A stretch of DNA of 64,000 bases. It comes from Rhizobiales bacterium Ga0077525. GTDB lineage: Bacteria; Pseudomonadota; Alphaproteobacteria; Rhizobiales; Xanthobacteraceae. The position numbers were made by a program, and so were the translations under genes. The notes below the pieces were generated by a model, which did no database searches, was not told the DNA's origin, and was given only the letters and a program-made list of their open reading frames with translations. Below are positions 28,032-39,721 of this stretch, piece by piece (position 1 is the first letter of the stretch; every line of letters begins with the position of its first letter). The DNA lies in contig LNDS01000028.1 in assembly GCA_001464835.1 (NCBI GenBank), positions 127,252-191,251 of the forward strand, read 5' to 3'.

Positions 28032-28946
28032 ATGTCATTCATGGCCAATTTTTCGGGGGCGCTGTCGAGCATGACCGGTTTCGCCCGCGGGCAGGGTAAC
28101 GTCGGCGCCTATGCGTGGAGCTGGGAGATCAAGTCGGTCAACGCCAAGGGCCTCGACGTGCGCTTCCGCCTGCCGCCGGGCTGGGATGCGGTCGAAGTGC
28201 CGGTGCGCAAGGCCGCGACCGACGCGCTCGGCCGCGGCACCGTTTATGCCAATCTCACCGTCGAGCGCAAAGGCGTGCAGCCGACGGTACGCATCAACGA
28301 GCCGGTCCTCAACGCGATCATCGCCACGCTCGATACGCTCGACAACAAGATCGTCGGCGCCAACCGCCCGACGCTCGACGGCATCCTGGCGCTGAAAGGC
28401 GTCATGGAGATCGTCGAGGAAGACGAAAAGCCCGACGACAGGCGTGCCGCGGAGGCCGCGATCATTGCCGGTTTCGGCAAGACCCTGGCCGATCTGGTGG
28501 CGATGCGGCAGGCGGAGGGCGCGACGCTAGGCAGGTTGTTGACGGCGCGGCTCGACGAAATCGCAGCCCTTGCGGCACGCGCCGAAGCCGCGCCCGGCCG
28601 CAAGCCGGAAGCGATCAAGGCGCGGCTGGCCGAGCAGGTCGGCACGTTGCTGTCGGCCTCGCAGCGTTTCGATTCAGACCGGCTGCATCAGGAAGCCATC
28701 CTGCTCGCCACCAAGGCGGATATCCGCGAAGAACTCGACCGGCTCGCCTCGCACGGCGAGCAGGTGCGCAAGCTCCTCGCCGAAGGCGGCGCGATCGGCC
28801 GCAAGCTCGATTTTCTGGCGCAGGAACTCAACCGCGAATCGAATACGCTGACCGCCAAGGCCAACGACCTCGACCTGTCCAATACCGGGCTCGAGCTGAA
28901 GGGCGTGGTCGAGCAATTCCGCGAGCAGGTGCAGAACCTCGAATGA
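28032..28946 (+). CDS. yicC: YicC/YloC family endoribonuclease
   Basis: [47 protein letters not shown]. Confidence 0.92.
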   Translation: MSFMANFSGALSSMTGFARGQGNVGAYAWSWEIKSVNAKGLDVRFRLPPGWDAVEVPVRKAATDALGRGTVYANLTVERKGVQPTVRINEPVLNAIIATLDTLDNKIVGANRPTLDGILALKGVMEIVEEDEKPDDRRAAEAAIIAGFGKTLADLVAMRQAEGATLGRLLTARLDEIAALAARAEAAPGRKPEAIKARLAEQVGTLLSASQRFDSDRLHQEAILLATKADIREELDRLASHGEQVRKLLAEGGAIGRKLDFLAQELNRESNTLTAKANDLDLSNTGLELKGVVEQFREQVQNLE

Positions 28947-29614
28947 ACGACGAACCCGACATCAGCCGGCGCGGCATCATGCTGGTGCTGTCGTCGCCTT
29001 CCGGCGCCGGCAAGACGACGCTGACGCGCAATCTGCTCGAAAAAGAAAATATCGAATATCCCGGCAAGCTGGAGCTTTCGATTTCGGCAACAACGCGGGT
29101 GAAACGGCCGAGCGAGATCGACGGCACGCATTATTACTTCGTCAATAAGGCGAAGTTCGAGAGCATGCGTGACCATGGCGAACTGCTGGAATGGGCGGAA
29201 GTGCACGGCAATTATTACGGCACGCCGCGCGAGCCGGTCGAGAGGGCGCTCAGCGAGGGCCGCGACGTGCTGTTCGACATCGATTGGCAGGGCACGCAAC
29301 AACTGCGGTCGAAGATGCCTGATGACGTCGTTACCGTTTTCGTGTTGCCACCATCGGCTCCGGACCTCAAATCGCGTCTCGTGCGTCGGGCGGAAGACAG
29401 CGCCGAGGTGATTGCGCAACGCCTGCGCAACGCGGCCGAAGAATTCCAACACTGGAGCGAATACGACTACATCCTGGTCAATCGCGACCTGCAGAAAAGT
29501 TTCGAGCGTTTGCGGGCCATCCTCACCGCGGAACGCCTCAAGCGCGTGAAAATGCCGAACCTGAATGACTTCGTCGAAAAGCTGCTGGCGGAATTGAAAG
29601 CGCTCACGCCTTAA
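28943..29614 (+). CDS. gmk: Guanylate kinase
   Basis: [33 protein letters not shown]; ATGA overlap with yicC. Confidence 0.96.
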   Translation: MNDEPDISRRGIMLVLSSPSGAGKTTLTRNLLEKENIEYPGKLELSISATTRVKRPSEIDGTHYYFVNKAKFESMRDHGELLEWAEVHGNYYGTPREPVERALSEGRDVLFDIDWQGTQQLRSKMPDDVVTVFVLPPSAPDLKSRLVRRAEDSAEVIAQRLRNAAEEFQHWSEYDYILVNRDLQKSFERLRAILTAERLKRVKMPNLNDFVEKLLAELKALTP

Positions 29615-30456
29615 CGCATCGCCGTAAAGGCGCGCGCCAGCGTGACGAAACCCTCGACATCGATTTCCTCGGCGCGCGCGGTTGGCTCGATGCCGGCGTC
29701 GCTGAGCAAGGCCGCAGCATCGACGCCCAACGATTTCAGGCTCTGCCGCAGCATCTTGCGGCGCTGGCCGAAGGCCGCTTCGGTCACCCGTTGCAAGGCG
29801 ACGGCGTCGCACGGCAAAGGCTCGGCGCGCGGTACCAGTCGCACCACCGACGAGGTGATGGATGGCGGCGGCACGAAGGCTTGCGGTGCGACATCGAACA
29901 GGATTTTCGCCTCGGTGCGCCAGCCGGCCAGCACGGCAAGCCGGCCATAGGCCTTGTCGCCGACCTTGGCGACGATGCGCTCGGCGACTTCACGCTGGAA
30001 CATCAGCACCATCGAATCATACCAGGGCGGCCACGGCTCGGCGGTGAGCCAGCCGATCAACAGCACGGTGCCGATATTATAAGGCAGGTTGGCGACGATG
30101 CGCGCTCGCTCCGGGCCCAATTGGCCGCGCACATCGAATTTCAGTGCGTCGCCTTCAACGATGTCGAGGCGGCCGGGATAGCGTTCGGCGATTTCCTGCA
30201 AGGCGGCAATGGCGCGCGTGTCGCGTTCGACCGCGACGATGCGGCGCGCACCGAGCGTCAGCAGCGCCCGCGTCAGCCCGCCCGGGCCGGGGCCGATCTC
30301 GACGATGGTGACGTTTTCCAGAGGTTCGGCGGCGCGCGCGATGCGCGCGGTGAGATTGAGGTCGTGCAGGAAGTTCTGGCCGAGCGATTTTTTCGGCGTC
30401 AGGCCGTGCTTGCGGATGACCTCGCGCAGGGGCGGCAGGTCGTCGACCGGCGCCAT
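29611..30456 (-). CDS. rsmA: 16S rRNA m6(2)A1518/1519 dimethyltransferase
   Basis: [40 protein letters not shown]. Confidence 0.96.
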   Translation of the reverse strand: MAPVDDLPPLREVIRKHGLTPKKSLGQNFLHDLNLTARIARAAEPLENVTIVEIGPGPGGLTRALLTLGARRIVAVERDTRAIAALQEIAERYPGRLDIVEGDALKFDVRGQLGPERARIVANLPYNIGTVLLIGWLTAEPWPPWYDSMVLMFQREVAERIVAKVGDKAYGRLAVLAGWRTEAKILFDVAPQAFVPPPSITSSVVRLVPRAEPLPCDAVALQRVTEAAFGQRRKMLRQSLKSLGVDAAALLSDAGIEPTARAEEIDVEGFVTLARAFTAMR

Positions 30457-31502
30457 TATTTGGCCGCGACGAGCGCGGGCGCCGCCGCCGACAATCGCGC
30501 GGCAAGCTGCAAGGCCGCGACCAGGCTCATTGGGTTGGCCGTGCCGGTACCGGCGATATCGAAGGCAGTGCCGTGATCGGGCGACGTGCGCACGAACGGC
30601 AAGCCCAGCGTGACATTGACGCCGTGGTCGAAAGCGAGCGTCTTGATCGGGATCAGCGCCTGGTCGTGATACATGCACATCGCCACATCGTAGGTGGCGC
30701 GCGCGCGTTCGTGGAACATGGTGTCGGCCGGCAGCGGCCCGATCGCGTCGATGCCCTCGGCGCGCAGCCGCGCAATGGCGGGCGCAACGATACGAACGTC
30801 CTCGTCGCCGAGCGTGCCTTCCTCGCCGGCGTGCGGATTGAGCCCGGCGATCGCAAGGCGCGGCCGTGCAATGCCGAAACGCCGGTTCAGGTCGCGCGCC
30901 ACGATGCGGCCGGTCTCGACGATCAGATCGGTGGTCAGGTGCGTCGCCACGTCCTTGAGCGGCAGATGGATGGTCACCGGCACGACGGCGAGTTCCGGCG
31001 ACCACAGCAGCATCACCGGATGATTGCTTCGTCCGGTTGCTTCCTCTGCTAGCTTCGCCAGATATTCAGTGTGGCCCGGTTCGGCAAAACCGCCGCGATA
31101 GAGAACGCTCTTGGAAATCGGGTTGGTGACGATGCCGCAGGCGCGGCCGGCCAGAACATCGGCGACCGCGGCGCGGATCGAGGCGATCGCGATCGGTGCG
31201 CTGCTGGCGTCGGGCTTGCCCGGCTGCGCCGTCACTTTCATGTCGAGCGCAACAACCGGCAGCGCCCTCGTAAAGCTCTCGCTGGCCAGCGCCGGCGTCG
31301 TGACCGCGACCGGCACGTCGAGGCCGAGCAGTGCGGCTCGCTGCCGGTAAAAATCCGGGTCGCCGATGACATAGAATGGCGGCAGGTCGAGTTCGACGCG
31401 CCGTTTCCACACCGCCAATGTTAAATCGGGGCCAATCCCGGCCGGCTCGCCGAGCGTCAGAGCAAGGGGAAGCGTAACGAGAGGGCCGACCGCGGCGCTC
31501 AT
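30456..31502 (-). CDS. pdxA: 4-hydroxythreonine-4-phosphate dehydrogenase
   Basis: [41 protein letters not shown]. Confidence 0.96.
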   Translation of the reverse strand: MSAAVGPLVTLPLALTLGEPAGIGPDLTLAVWKRRVELDLPPFYVIGDPDFYRQRAALLGLDVPVAVTTPALASESFTRALPVVALDMKVTAQPGKPDASSAPIAIASIRAAVADVLAGRACGIVTNPISKSVLYRGGFAEPGHTEYLAKLAEEATGRSNHPVMLLWSPELAVVPVTIHLPLKDVATHLTTDLIVETGRIVARDLNRRFGIARPRLAIAGLNPHAGEEGTLGDEDVRIVAPAIARLRAEGIDAIGPLPADTMFHERARATYDVAMCMYHDQALIPIKTLAFDHGVNVTLGLPFVRTSPDHGTAFDIAGTGTANPMSLVAALQLAARLSAAAPALVAAK

Positions 31503-32452
31503 TTGTATTCGATCATCGCGGTTTTGCGAATTTCATCGAGAAATTTTTTCGATTCCGCTTGATAGCGCGAAGTGAAAAGCTTTTCGCGGAGTTCGCGCTT
31601 GGCCGGCGAGTCCGACTTGCTTTCTTTCTTTTCGCACAGCGCGAACATCTGCAAGCCCTGCGCCGTCACATCCGGCGTACTCAGCCGGCCGACTTCGAGC
31701 TTGGCGAGCAGTTCGCGAAACGGTTCCGGCAGCTCGGCGGCGTTCTTGCTGATCGGCTCGCGCACGGCGACGTCACGCAACGCCCGCGCCAGCGGCAATC
31801 CGGTTTGGCAGGAATTGAAACGGGCGCGCAGGTTTTCGGCGATCTGGCGCTTGCCGTCGATGACGCCTGCGCTCGATCCGGCCGGAATGACGACGGTGAT
31901 CGGGTACAGCGTATAGGTATAGCTGACGGCGCTGTCAGATTGGTTGCTCGATTTGAGGGCGTCGGCAATGTCGGCGTCGCCAATCTGAAGCGCCGAGCCG
32001 AAGCGGGCGCGAACCAACTGGCTCCAGATCATCTCGGCGCGCAGCCGCGCCTTGATGGCGTTTGCCGAAATGCCGCCCCGCTCAAGCATGACGGTGAACT
32101 GTTCGGGCGAGATGCGCTGGCGCTGCGCCATGTTCTGGAACGCGGCGTCAACCTCCGCGTCGCTGATTTCCATGCCATAGGTTCTGGCCTTGGCGATCTT
32201 CAAACGGTCGTCGATCAGTTCCTGAATGACCATCTGCCGCGTGACGCCCTTGGCGCCTTGCGTGGTCATCAGTTTGGTGCGCTGGCTGATATCCAGTTCG
32301 GTGATGGGCGAGCCATTGGCGATGACCGCCACCTGCGCACCGGCAACGGCCGGCATCGCCAGGCCAGCCATGACGACCAGGCAGCCCAGCCAGTATTGGC
32401 TGGACGCCATCCAGTCTCGTACCGGCCGGCGTTTTACGTTGATCCCCGTCAT
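31499..32452 (-). CDS. surA: SurA-like periplasmic chaperone
   Basis: Signal peptide, V.ANG.PIT..DI, ELID..LK; position between lptD and pdxA; start uncertain. Confidence 0.8.
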   Translation of the reverse strand: MTGINVKRRPVRDWMASSQYWLGCLVVMAGLAMPAVAGAQVAVIANGSPITELDISQRTKLMTTQGAKGVTRQMVIQELIDDRLKIAKARTYGMEISDAEVDAAFQNMAQRQRISPEQFTVMLERGGISANAIKARLRAEMIWSQLVRARFGSALQIGDADIADALKSSNQSDSAVSYTYTLYPITVVIPAGSSAGVIDGKRQIAENLRARFNSCQTGLPLARALRDVAVREPISKNAAELPEPFRELLAKLEVGRLSTPDVTAQGLQMFALCEKKESKSDSPAKRELREKLFTSRYQAESKKFLDEIRKTAMIEYK

Positions 32453-32521
32453 CGCTCGAATCCCAAACACTCGCTTGATCTATCCAGACTTCATGCGGCC
32501 CGCGTGGTCCGCGACGTACGA

Positions 32522-34999
32522 TCAGTTCTGGTTGGCCTGCGCGCCGAGCTTCTGGCTCACCGACGTTCCGCCGAGGGTGCGCAGGCTGAGCTGCAACATG
32601 ATCTGGTGATTGGCCGTCACGTTGCCGCTGTAGGTGTAGTTGGTGATGTAATTTAGGCCCAAAATGAGGCAATCATCGACATAGCCAAGGCCGACGCTGG
32701 TTTGTGAGAACTTTTCGGAATCGAGGTCATAAAGGGCAGAACCTTGAACCACCCAGTTGGAGTCGATCTTGAATTGGCCGGAGCCGAGCATGCCGCGGCG
32801 CCGCGACAGGAAGCCGATTTCAGGTTGCGCGGCGTAGTCGCCGTACAGCAGCAGGGCGTTCCAGCGGTCGAAATTGGCGCTGGTTTCAAGCTCCATGCGC
32901 TGCATCTCGAAGTTGGCCTGGTCGAAGCGGAAGCGCGACGTGAACTTGTAGGTGCTGTTCGGCTGGTAGGAGGCGCGCGCCACGTAATCCGACCTGCGGG
33001 TATCGAGGCCGCTGTCGAGGCCGGTATTGCTGGCATCGGCGACCGCAAAGGAGTTCTGGCCGAACAGGCTGTAGGACTGGCCGAACAGCAAGTTGACGAA
33101 GCCGCCACTGTTGAACTGGGTCGTTCCCTGGATGCCGTAATTGAGGCGGCCGCCGCCTTCGACGCGGTCCCAGCCCGAGAACTTATCGACGCGGAATAGA
33201 TTGCTGTCGTCGAAAACAAGCGTCTGCGCGTCTTCGTTCGGCAGGCTGCCGATTTTGGTTTCGTTCGGCCGGACGATGACTTGGGCGATCGGCTCGATCG
33301 TGTTGGTTCCCCATGGCTGCACGTTGATGAACGGATAGCGGTATTCCAGACCGACCGTCGGCATGGCGCGTACGACATTGCTTTCGCCGGTGCTGATGAA
33401 ATTTCCGACATTGGCGTCGTTCTGGACCGACAGCGAGGCGAAGTCGGCGCGCACCGAGGCGAACGGCGTGAAAACCTGGCCGAACCGGTCGGTGACGCTG
33501 CGACGCCAGTTGGCTTCCGCCGAGAAGCGGCTGAACGTGCCGGGCGCGCCGCGCAACAGACAGTTGGCGGACGTTTTTACGGCCGGATCGGCGGTCACGC
33601 AGTTGTTGCTGAGCAGCGCCGTCGATGTCACCGCGTCGAAATTGGCCTGCGTGCGGGTCAGGCTGGTGAAGTTGATTTTGTAGCCAAGCTCGCCGCCGAG
33701 AATCGGCCGGTCGAACGTGTATTTGTAATCGATCACCGGATGCACGACCGGGATCTGCGCCTGTGAATCGGACTCGGATAGACCGAGATAGTAGATCGAC
33801 CGCGCGTCGAAGTAGCTGCGGTTGCCGAGGCCGGTGATGTAAAGCTGCGAGATGCCTTCGGTCGCGCCGGTGCGCAGCGGATCGTTCACCGCATAGCCCG
33901 ACAGGCGCGGGTTGTAGTCTTGCAGAAAGGTACGGTCGGATACCATCAGGGCATCCCAGCCCCAGATCCATCTGTTGGTGATGGCGAACTGGCCGGAAGA
34001 CTCGACGCTGCCGCGATTGTCGCGGTAGCCGGGCGTCGTCGATCCGTTGTTGCGCCGGAAGGCCTCCTTGTCGGCTTGATGGATGCCGGCGGCGCGGATC
34101 GAATAGGCGCCGTTGATCAGGCGCTGGCGGAATTCGCCCTGCAACAGCAAGCCCTGCTTGGTCGTGTACATGGGCTGGAAGGTGGCGTCGTAATCCGGCG
34201 CCAGCGCCCAGTAGTAGGGCACGTCGATGCCGGTGCCGTATTTCGACGTGTTCGTTACGGCCGGCATCAACACGCCGGTCTTGCGCTTGACCGTCGGATC
34301 GGGCGCGGAAAAGTAAGGCAAATAGGCGAGCGGCATGCCGAAGAATTCGAGGCGCGCGTCCTCGAAATACATCATCTTCTCGCCCTGGTCATGGATGATG
34401 CGGGCGGCCTTGACTTGCCACAGCGGCGGCTTTTTCGGATCGTCCTTGCAAGGCGCGCAGGCGGTGTAAACGCCGCTATGGAAGACCGTGTAGTTGCCCT
34501 TCGTGCGCTCGGCGCGTGCAGCCGCCATCCGGGTCTGATCGGGGCTGTCCAGCCGCAGCGAATCGACAAAGCCGTCGCGGTAGTCGTCGGCGAGATCCAT
34601 GGTCTCGCCATAGGTGACTTTGCCGTCTTCTTCGGTGAGCCGGACATTGCCTTCGGCGTGCAGCCGTTTGCCCTTCTGATCGTAGATGACCTTGTCTGCC
34701 TCGAGCGTCGAGCCGCCGTAATAGATCTGCACGTTGCCGACCGCGGACACCTGGTTATGGGTGTAGTCGTAATTGATCTCGCGCGCCTGCACGAGCATCT
34801 GCTTTTGTCCGGATTGATCGATGCGGACCGGTTTCTTGATCGGGGCAGGGACCGCCGGAAAGGTGAATTGCTGAGCGTGAGCCGGCGTGAACGCAACCGT
34901 GCCGCCGCAAGCCAGCAAGGCGAGGACGGCAACAACTCTGGCGGCGGCGTGGCGGTTAAGCCTCGACGCTGGTGGACGAGTGCACAAGCGCACCGCCAT
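32522..34999 (-). CDS. lptD: LPS-assembly protein LptD
   Basis: OstA-like N-domain (A.GNV.IYY, YTAC..C...PPLW), KRKTG.L.P, beta-barrel-like C-terminus; lpt context. Confidence 0.92.
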   Translation of the reverse strand: MAVRLCTRPPASRLNRHAAARVVAVLALLACGGTVAFTPAHAQQFTFPAVPAPIKKPVRIDQSGQKQMLVQAREINYDYTHNQVSAVGNVQIYYGGSTLEADKVIYDQKGKRLHAEGNVRLTEEDGKVTYGETMDLADDYRDGFVDSLRLDSPDQTRMAAARAERTKGNYTVFHSGVYTACAPCKDDPKKPPLWQVKAARIIHDQGEKMMYFEDARLEFFGMPLAYLPYFSAPDPTVKRKTGVLMPAVTNTSKYGTGIDVPYYWALAPDYDATFQPMYTTKQGLLLQGEFRQRLINGAYSIRAAGIHQADKEAFRRNNGSTTPGYRDNRGSVESSGQFAITNRWIWGWDALMVSDRTFLQDYNPRLSGYAVNDPLRTGATEGISQLYITGLGNRSYFDARSIYYLGLSESDSQAQIPVVHPVIDYKYTFDRPILGGELGYKINFTSLTRTQANFDAVTSTALLSNNCVTADPAVKTSANCLLRGAPGTFSRFSAEANWRRSVTDRFGQVFTPFASVRADFASLSVQNDANVGNFISTGESNVVRAMPTVGLEYRYPFINVQPWGTNTIEPIAQVIVRPNETKIGSLPNEDAQTLVFDDSNLFRVDKFSGWDRVEGGGRLNYGIQGTTQFNSGGFVNLLFGQSYSLFGQNSFAVADASNTGLDSGLDTRRSDYVARASYQPNSTYKFTSRFRFDQANFEMQRMELETSANFDRWNALLLYGDYAAQPEIGFLSRRRGMLGSGQFKIDSNWVVQGSALYDLDSEKFSQTSVGLGYVDDCLILGLNYITNYTYSGNVTANHQIMLQLSLRTLGGTSVSQKLGAQANQN

Positions 35000-36093
35000 C
35001 ACCCGTCCTCCTGGTACAATAACGCGATAAACCCCGTCAGACCGCCGACGAAAACAGGAAACCAGGCCGCTGCCACCGGGTGCATCAGCTCGGCCTTGCT
35101 CAGATCCTCGGTCACCTTCTGCAAAATATAAAGCAGAAAGCCGGCGCCAACGCCACTTAAAACCATCTTTTGCACGCCGCCAAAACGGAAGAACCGTAAA
35201 CTTACCGATGCGGCAAGGAGAACCATGGCCGCCAGAAAAAATGGCCGGGCGAGAAGCTTCTGGAACTGCAATCTATAGCCTGCGGCGACAAGGCCAGCGT
35301 TCTCGGCAATCTTGATATACAGTGGCAGTTCCCAAAATGGCACAGTCTCTGGCGTGGCAAATCTTTCGCGTACTTGCTCCTGGGTCAGGTTGGTCTTGAG
35401 GCTGAACTCGCGGTGGTTGACCGGCAGCATGCGCGGCTCGTGCACGCGGGCGTCGAGCAGACGCCACAGGCCGGGTTCCAGCACTGCGCTTCGGGACTCG
35501 ATCCGCTGCTTGAATTGGCCGGCGGTATCGAAAGTGAAAATCGTGACGCCGGCCAGCGTGACGCCCTGATCGCGAGTCGATTTGGCGTTGATGATGGCCT
35601 GGCCGCTGTCGTTACGCTGGCTTACCCAGAACGGGCCGCCGCCGCGCACGGCGCTGGGATCCTTGCCGAACAGCTCGGCCTCGAACCGTTTCGAGCGCTC
35701 CTGCAACACGGCCGAAACCGGATTGTACACGGTGGTGGCGAAGATGCCCAGCAGGAAGGCTACTATCAGCGCCGGCGATATAAATTGCCATGCCGACATG
35801 CCGGCGGCACGGGCGACGACAAGCTCCAGCCGCCGCGAAAAAGTCAGGTAGCAGGACATCGCGCCGATCAGGATGCAGAACGGCAGGATGCGTTCGGTCA
35901 CCTGCGGCACGCGGTACAGGGATGTCTTGGCAACCAGGATCGCCGACGCATTCGGGATGTCGCTGGCGCGCCGCATCATCTCGATATAGTCGAGCAAAGT
36001 GACCAGCGCGAAGATGCCGGCGAACACCAGAAGCACCGTATTGAGGAAGCGCATGCCGAAATAGCGCGCGATTTTTCCGCCCATGATGTTCAT
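34999..36093 (-). CDS. lptG: LPS export ABC transporter permease LptG
   Basis: RRLELVVARAAGMSAWQ, AAW.P; YjgP/YjgQ family; follows lptF. Confidence 0.9.
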   Translation of the reverse strand: MNIMGGKIARYFGMRFLNTVLLVFAGIFALVTLLDYIEMMRRASDIPNASAILVAKTSLYRVPQVTERILPFCILIGAMSCYLTFSRRLELVVARAAGMSAWQFISPALIVAFLLGIFATTVYNPVSAVLQERSKRFEAELFGKDPSAVRGGGPFWVSQRNDSGQAIINAKSTRDQGVTLAGVTIFTFDTAGQFKQRIESRSAVLEPGLWRLLDARVHEPRMLPVNHREFSLKTNLTQEQVRERFATPETVPFWELPLYIKIAENAGLVAAGYRLQFQKLLARPFFLAAMVLLAASVSLRFFRFGGVQKMVLSGVGAGFLLYILQKVTEDLSKAELMHPVAAAWFPVFVGGLTGFIALLYQEDG

Positions 36094-37250
36094 GGCGTGG
36101 CAAACCGCTGGGATATGCGTTCGGTCGCGGCTGCGATCCAGTTGGTCAGGAACGCCGGCGGCTCGATGATCAGGCCGCGATGAATGACAAACAGGCCGCC
36201 GCCAATGGCGATGGCGAAACCGATATATTGCAGCGACAGCATCCACGGCACAGTGGCGCCGAACACGGTCGAGGCAAAGCCGATCAGGCGCAGCAGCGCC
36301 ACGCCGCCAATGGCGCCGATCATCGACAATGCGCGGCTTTGCCGGTTGGTGCGCGGCGCGCCGAGATAGGCAAAGGCGATCACCACGAAGGCAATCGGAT
36401 AAAGCGGCGCCACCAGCCGGTCATGCAGTTCGGCCCGGAACTGGCCCGGCTGCTCGATGTAGAACTGGTCCTTCGGATCGGGGAAGGCCAGTTGCCAGAG
36501 ATAGCGCTCGCGAATTGAATATTTGACCGCCTGCGCGTTGCCGGAAAACTGCGACAGATCGAACGCATATCGGTCGAACTCGACGATGGCCGGGTCGTCC
36601 TTGCCGACTTCCTGGCGCTGAATGAAGCCCTTCTGCAACACCAGGAAGGTGCCGTTGTCATTGTCGAGAAGTTCGCCGGACTCCGACAGAACGGTCGTGC
36701 GCTCGTTCGGGTTGCGCTGGTCGTCGAGGAAGATGCCGACCAAGAGGCCATTGCGCTGGCGCTCGCGGATATTGATGGTCACGCCGGCTTGGATCGAGGT
36801 AAAGCGGCCGGGCTGCACGATGGTCGAGACGACGTTGGCGCGCACTTCGGTCAGCCAGTCGCGCAGCATGCGCAGGCCCTTGGGTGCGAAATAGGCGCTG
36901 ATCGACGTAATGATGATCGCCACCACGATCGCGACCGACATGAAGGCGCGGAACAGAAGCCAGGGCGACATGCCGGCGGCATTCATCACGATGATTTCGG
37001 AGTCGGTCGATAATTTGTTGAGCGTATGCGCGACGGCGATCAAAAGGGCGATCGGCGCGATGACCAAAACGAGCAGGGGAATGATCAGACCGGTGATGCC
37101 GATAAAAACCAGAATGGTCTGACCCTGGCTCGTCATGATGTCGATGTCGCGCAATGCCTGCGTCACCCAGATCAGCGCAGTCAGGCTGATCAGGACGAGC
37201 AGAAATGCACTGAAGGTCGTGCGAAATATGTATTGGCTGATCGAGCCCAT
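36090..37250 (-). CDS. lptF: LPS export ABC transporter permease LptF
   Basis: YIFR, DSEIIVMNAAGMS, PGRF, AELH.R. Confidence 0.9.
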   Translation of the reverse strand: MGSISQYIFRTTFSAFLLVLISLTALIWVTQALRDIDIMTSQGQTILVFIGITGLIIPLLVLVIAPIALLIAVAHTLNKLSTDSEIIVMNAAGMSPWLLFRAFMSVAIVVAIIITSISAYFAPKGLRMLRDWLTEVRANVVSTIVQPGRFTSIQAGVTINIRERQRNGLLVGIFLDDQRNPNERTTVLSESGELLDNDNGTFLVLQKGFIQRQEVGKDDPAIVEFDRYAFDLSQFSGNAQAVKYSIRERYLWQLAFPDPKDQFYIEQPGQFRAELHDRLVAPLYPIAFVVIAFAYLGAPRTNRQSRALSMIGAIGGVALLRLIGFASTVFGATVPWMLSLQYIGFAIAIGGGLFVIHRGLIIEPPAFLTNWIAAATERISQRFATP

Positions 37251-37628
37251 CCGCGGCGTCGTTCCCTTGAAACGGCAAGCTCCATTGCCTCGCCGGCACC
37301 CCACCGTGCCCAAGCGCGAAAGCAACAGTAACCCTAACCCCCGTTAGGTTTACCTTGATCCATCGACAAAGTGGCTTCGCAAAGGCAAAGCCGTTGATCA
37401 TGCACAACAAATGGTAAACGGCGGGCGCCGTCGCCTCCGCCGCGAGCAAGCCCTTTGCGGTCGATTCTGGCAAGGAAATTGCCGTTTCGGCAGGGGGCGG
37501 ACTGGCACCCGAATACCGGTCAGGGGGAAAACCCGGCAAGGGGAAAGGGGGCTTTGCAGAGCGGGCATGGGCGCGCCATATGGGGGTGACCCACCCTCGA
37601 ATCTGATCCAGCACAAGGACGATCTGTT

Positions 37629-39131
37629 ATGGCCGATGCTCCCAAGCTCGGATTTGGCCCGTACACCGCGCCCAGCCAGGGTGTTTTGGTGGTTTTCTGC
37701 GACGAAGGGCTCGAATTCGGTCCCGCCACCGCCAAGGTGCTGGGATCGGCCACTGGCCTGGTCGCGCGCGCCGCCAAGGCCGAGCGCTTCACCGGCAAAA
37801 ACGGCAAATCGCTCGACCTGATCGCGCCCGAGGGTCTCAAGATTGACCGCCTGACCGTCATCGGCGTCGGCAAACCGGCCGATTTGAAGCCGCAGGATTT
37901 CGTCAAATTCGGCGGTGTGGCGATGGGCAAGATGCCGTCCAGCGCCAGCACGGCGACGGTCTTTGCCGAACTGCCGGACGGTGCGATGACGGGGGACCAG
38001 GCGGCTGACCTCGCCCAGGGCGTGCTGCTGCGTGCCTATGCCTTTGACCGCTACAAGACCAAACGCAAGGACGACGACAAGCCGCCGGCCAAGCGCAGCG
38101 TCACCATCGCTACCGGCGACGTCGCCGCCGCGCGCAAGGCCTTCGTCGCGCGCGAGGCGATCGCCGGCGGTGTGCTGCTGGCGCGCGATCTGGTCAATGA
38201 GCCGCCCAACATTCTCTACCCGGACGAATTCGCCCGCCGCGCCGAGAAGCTCAAGAAGGTCGGCGTCAAGGTCGAAGTGCTCGACGTCAAGGCAATGACC
38301 AAGCTCGGCATGGGTGCGCTGCTCGGCGTCGGACAGGGGTCGCGGCGCGACAGCCGCACCGTGGTGATGCGCTGGGACGGCGGCAAGAAAAACGATGCGC
38401 CGTTGGCTTTCATCGGCAAGGGCGTGTGCTTCGATACCGGCGGCATTTCGATCAAGCCGGGCGCCGGCATGGAAGACATGAAGGGCGACATGGCGGGTGC
38501 TGCCTGCGTTGTCGGCCTGATGCATGCGCTCGCTGCGCGCAAGGCGAAAGTGAACGCGGTCGGCGTCATCGGCGTGGTCGAGAATATGCCGGACGGCAAC
38601 GCGCAGCGGCCGGGCGACATCGTGACGTCGATGTCGGGCCAAACCATCGAGATTATCAACACCGACGCCGAGGGCCGTCTCGTTCTCGCCGACGTGCTCT
38701 GGTACACCGCCAAGCGTTTCAAGCCGAAATTCATGATCGATCTGGCGACCTTGACCGGCGCGATCATCGTCGCGCTCGGCCAGGAATATGCCGGCATGTT
38801 CACCAACAACGATGAACTCAGCCATCGCTTGCATCTCGCCGGCGAAGCGGTGGACGAGAAAGTGTGGCGCATGCCGCTGTCGCCGTTCTACGACAAGATG
38901 ATCGACTCCAAATTTGCCGACATGAAGAACACCGGCGGTTCGCGCTGGGGCGGCGCGATTACGGCGGCGCAGTTCATCCAGCGTTTCATCGCCGACAAGA
39001 CGCCGTGGGTGCATCTCGACATCGCCGGCACCGGCATGGATTCGCGTTCAAGCGAGATCAATAAAAGCTGGGGCTCGGGTTGGGGCGTGCGGCTGTTGGA
39101 TAAACTCGTAGCGGATCATTACGAAAAGTGA
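37629..39131 (+). CDS. pepA: Leucyl aminopeptidase (M17)
   Basis: [43 protein letters not shown]. Confidence 0.96.
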   Translation: MADAPKLGFGPYTAPSQGVLVVFCDEGLEFGPATAKVLGSATGLVARAAKAERFTGKNGKSLDLIAPEGLKIDRLTVIGVGKPADLKPQDFVKFGGVAMGKMPSSASTATVFAELPDGAMTGDQAADLAQGVLLRAYAFDRYKTKRKDDDKPPAKRSVTIATGDVAAARKAFVAREAIAGGVLLARDLVNEPPNILYPDEFARRAEKLKKVGVKVEVLDVKAMTKLGMGALLGVGQGSRRDSRTVVMRWDGGKKNDAPLAFIGKGVCFDTGGISIKPGAGMEDMKGDMAGAACVVGLMHALAARKAKVNAVGVIGVVENMPDGNAQRPGDIVTSMSGQTIEIINTDAEGRLVLADVLWYTAKRFKPKFMIDLATLTGAIIVALGQEYAGMFTNNDELSHRLHLAGEAVDEKVWRMPLSPFYDKMIDSKFADMKNTGGSRWGGAITAAQFIQRFIADKTPWVHLDIAGTGMDSRSSEINKSWGSGWGVRLLDKLVADHYEK

Positions 39132-39147
39132 GCCCGGTCTTTAGCGG

Positions 39148-39600
39148 ATGACCGAAGTTCTGTTCTATCACTTGCAAGGTCAGAAACTGGAAAGCGTGCT
39201 GACGCCGCTTCTGGAAAAGTCGCTCGAGCGCGGCTGGGCGGTGGCCGTGCAGGGCACGTCGGAAGAACGCATGGATGCACTCGATGCGCATCTGTGGACC
39301 TACAGCGAGGAAGGCTTCCTGCCGCACGGCACTTGGCGCGAGGCCGAGGCGGCGGCGCAGCCGGTATTGCTGACCTTGACCGACAGCAATCCAAATGAAG
39401 CGACGGTGCGCTTTCTCATTGAAGGCGCGCCGCTACCGGCCGATGCCGAAGCCTATGCGCGTATCGTTCTGGTGTTCGACGGTGACGACGACGAGGCGGT
39501 GGCGGCGGCGCGCGTCCATTGGGCCGACGCCAAGGCCAAGGGCTTCGCCGCGACCTACTGGCAGCCGGACGAGCAGGGGCGCTGGGTCAAAAAGGCCTGA
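39148..39600 (+). CDS. holC: DNA polymerase III subunit chi
   Basis: V.FYHL, LD..LW....GFLPHG, AAR..W, YWQ....G.W; follows pepA. Confidence 0.93.
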   Translation: MTEVLFYHLQGQKLESVLTPLLEKSLERGWAVAVQGTSEERMDALDAHLWTYSEEGFLPHGTWREAEAAAQPVLLTLTDSNPNEATVRFLIEGAPLPADAEAYARIVLVFDGDDDEAVAAARVHWADAKAKGFAATYWQPDEQGRWVKKA

Positions 39601-39721
39601 GTCCTCGGCCAGTGGCCGACCCGCCGCGCGGCGGCCAAACGGCCCTTGCCGCCCGCCATTGTGATGACGCAAAATACGTCATAAGGGACAAGACGATAGT
39701 ACAAGTCCGGGGGAAGTCGTT

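Noticed and set aside
28115-29614. 499-aa ORF suggesting a fused or extended guanylate kinase
   Set aside because: The first 276 codons are an alternate frame of yicC; gmk starts at the ATGA overlap at 28943.
37398-39014. Long antisense ORFs (538 aa here; also 60662-62260, 12985-14292, 33920-35131 and others)
   Set aside because: They mirror well-conserved genes on the opposite strand and are the expected result of high-GC codon bias; no recognisable motifs.
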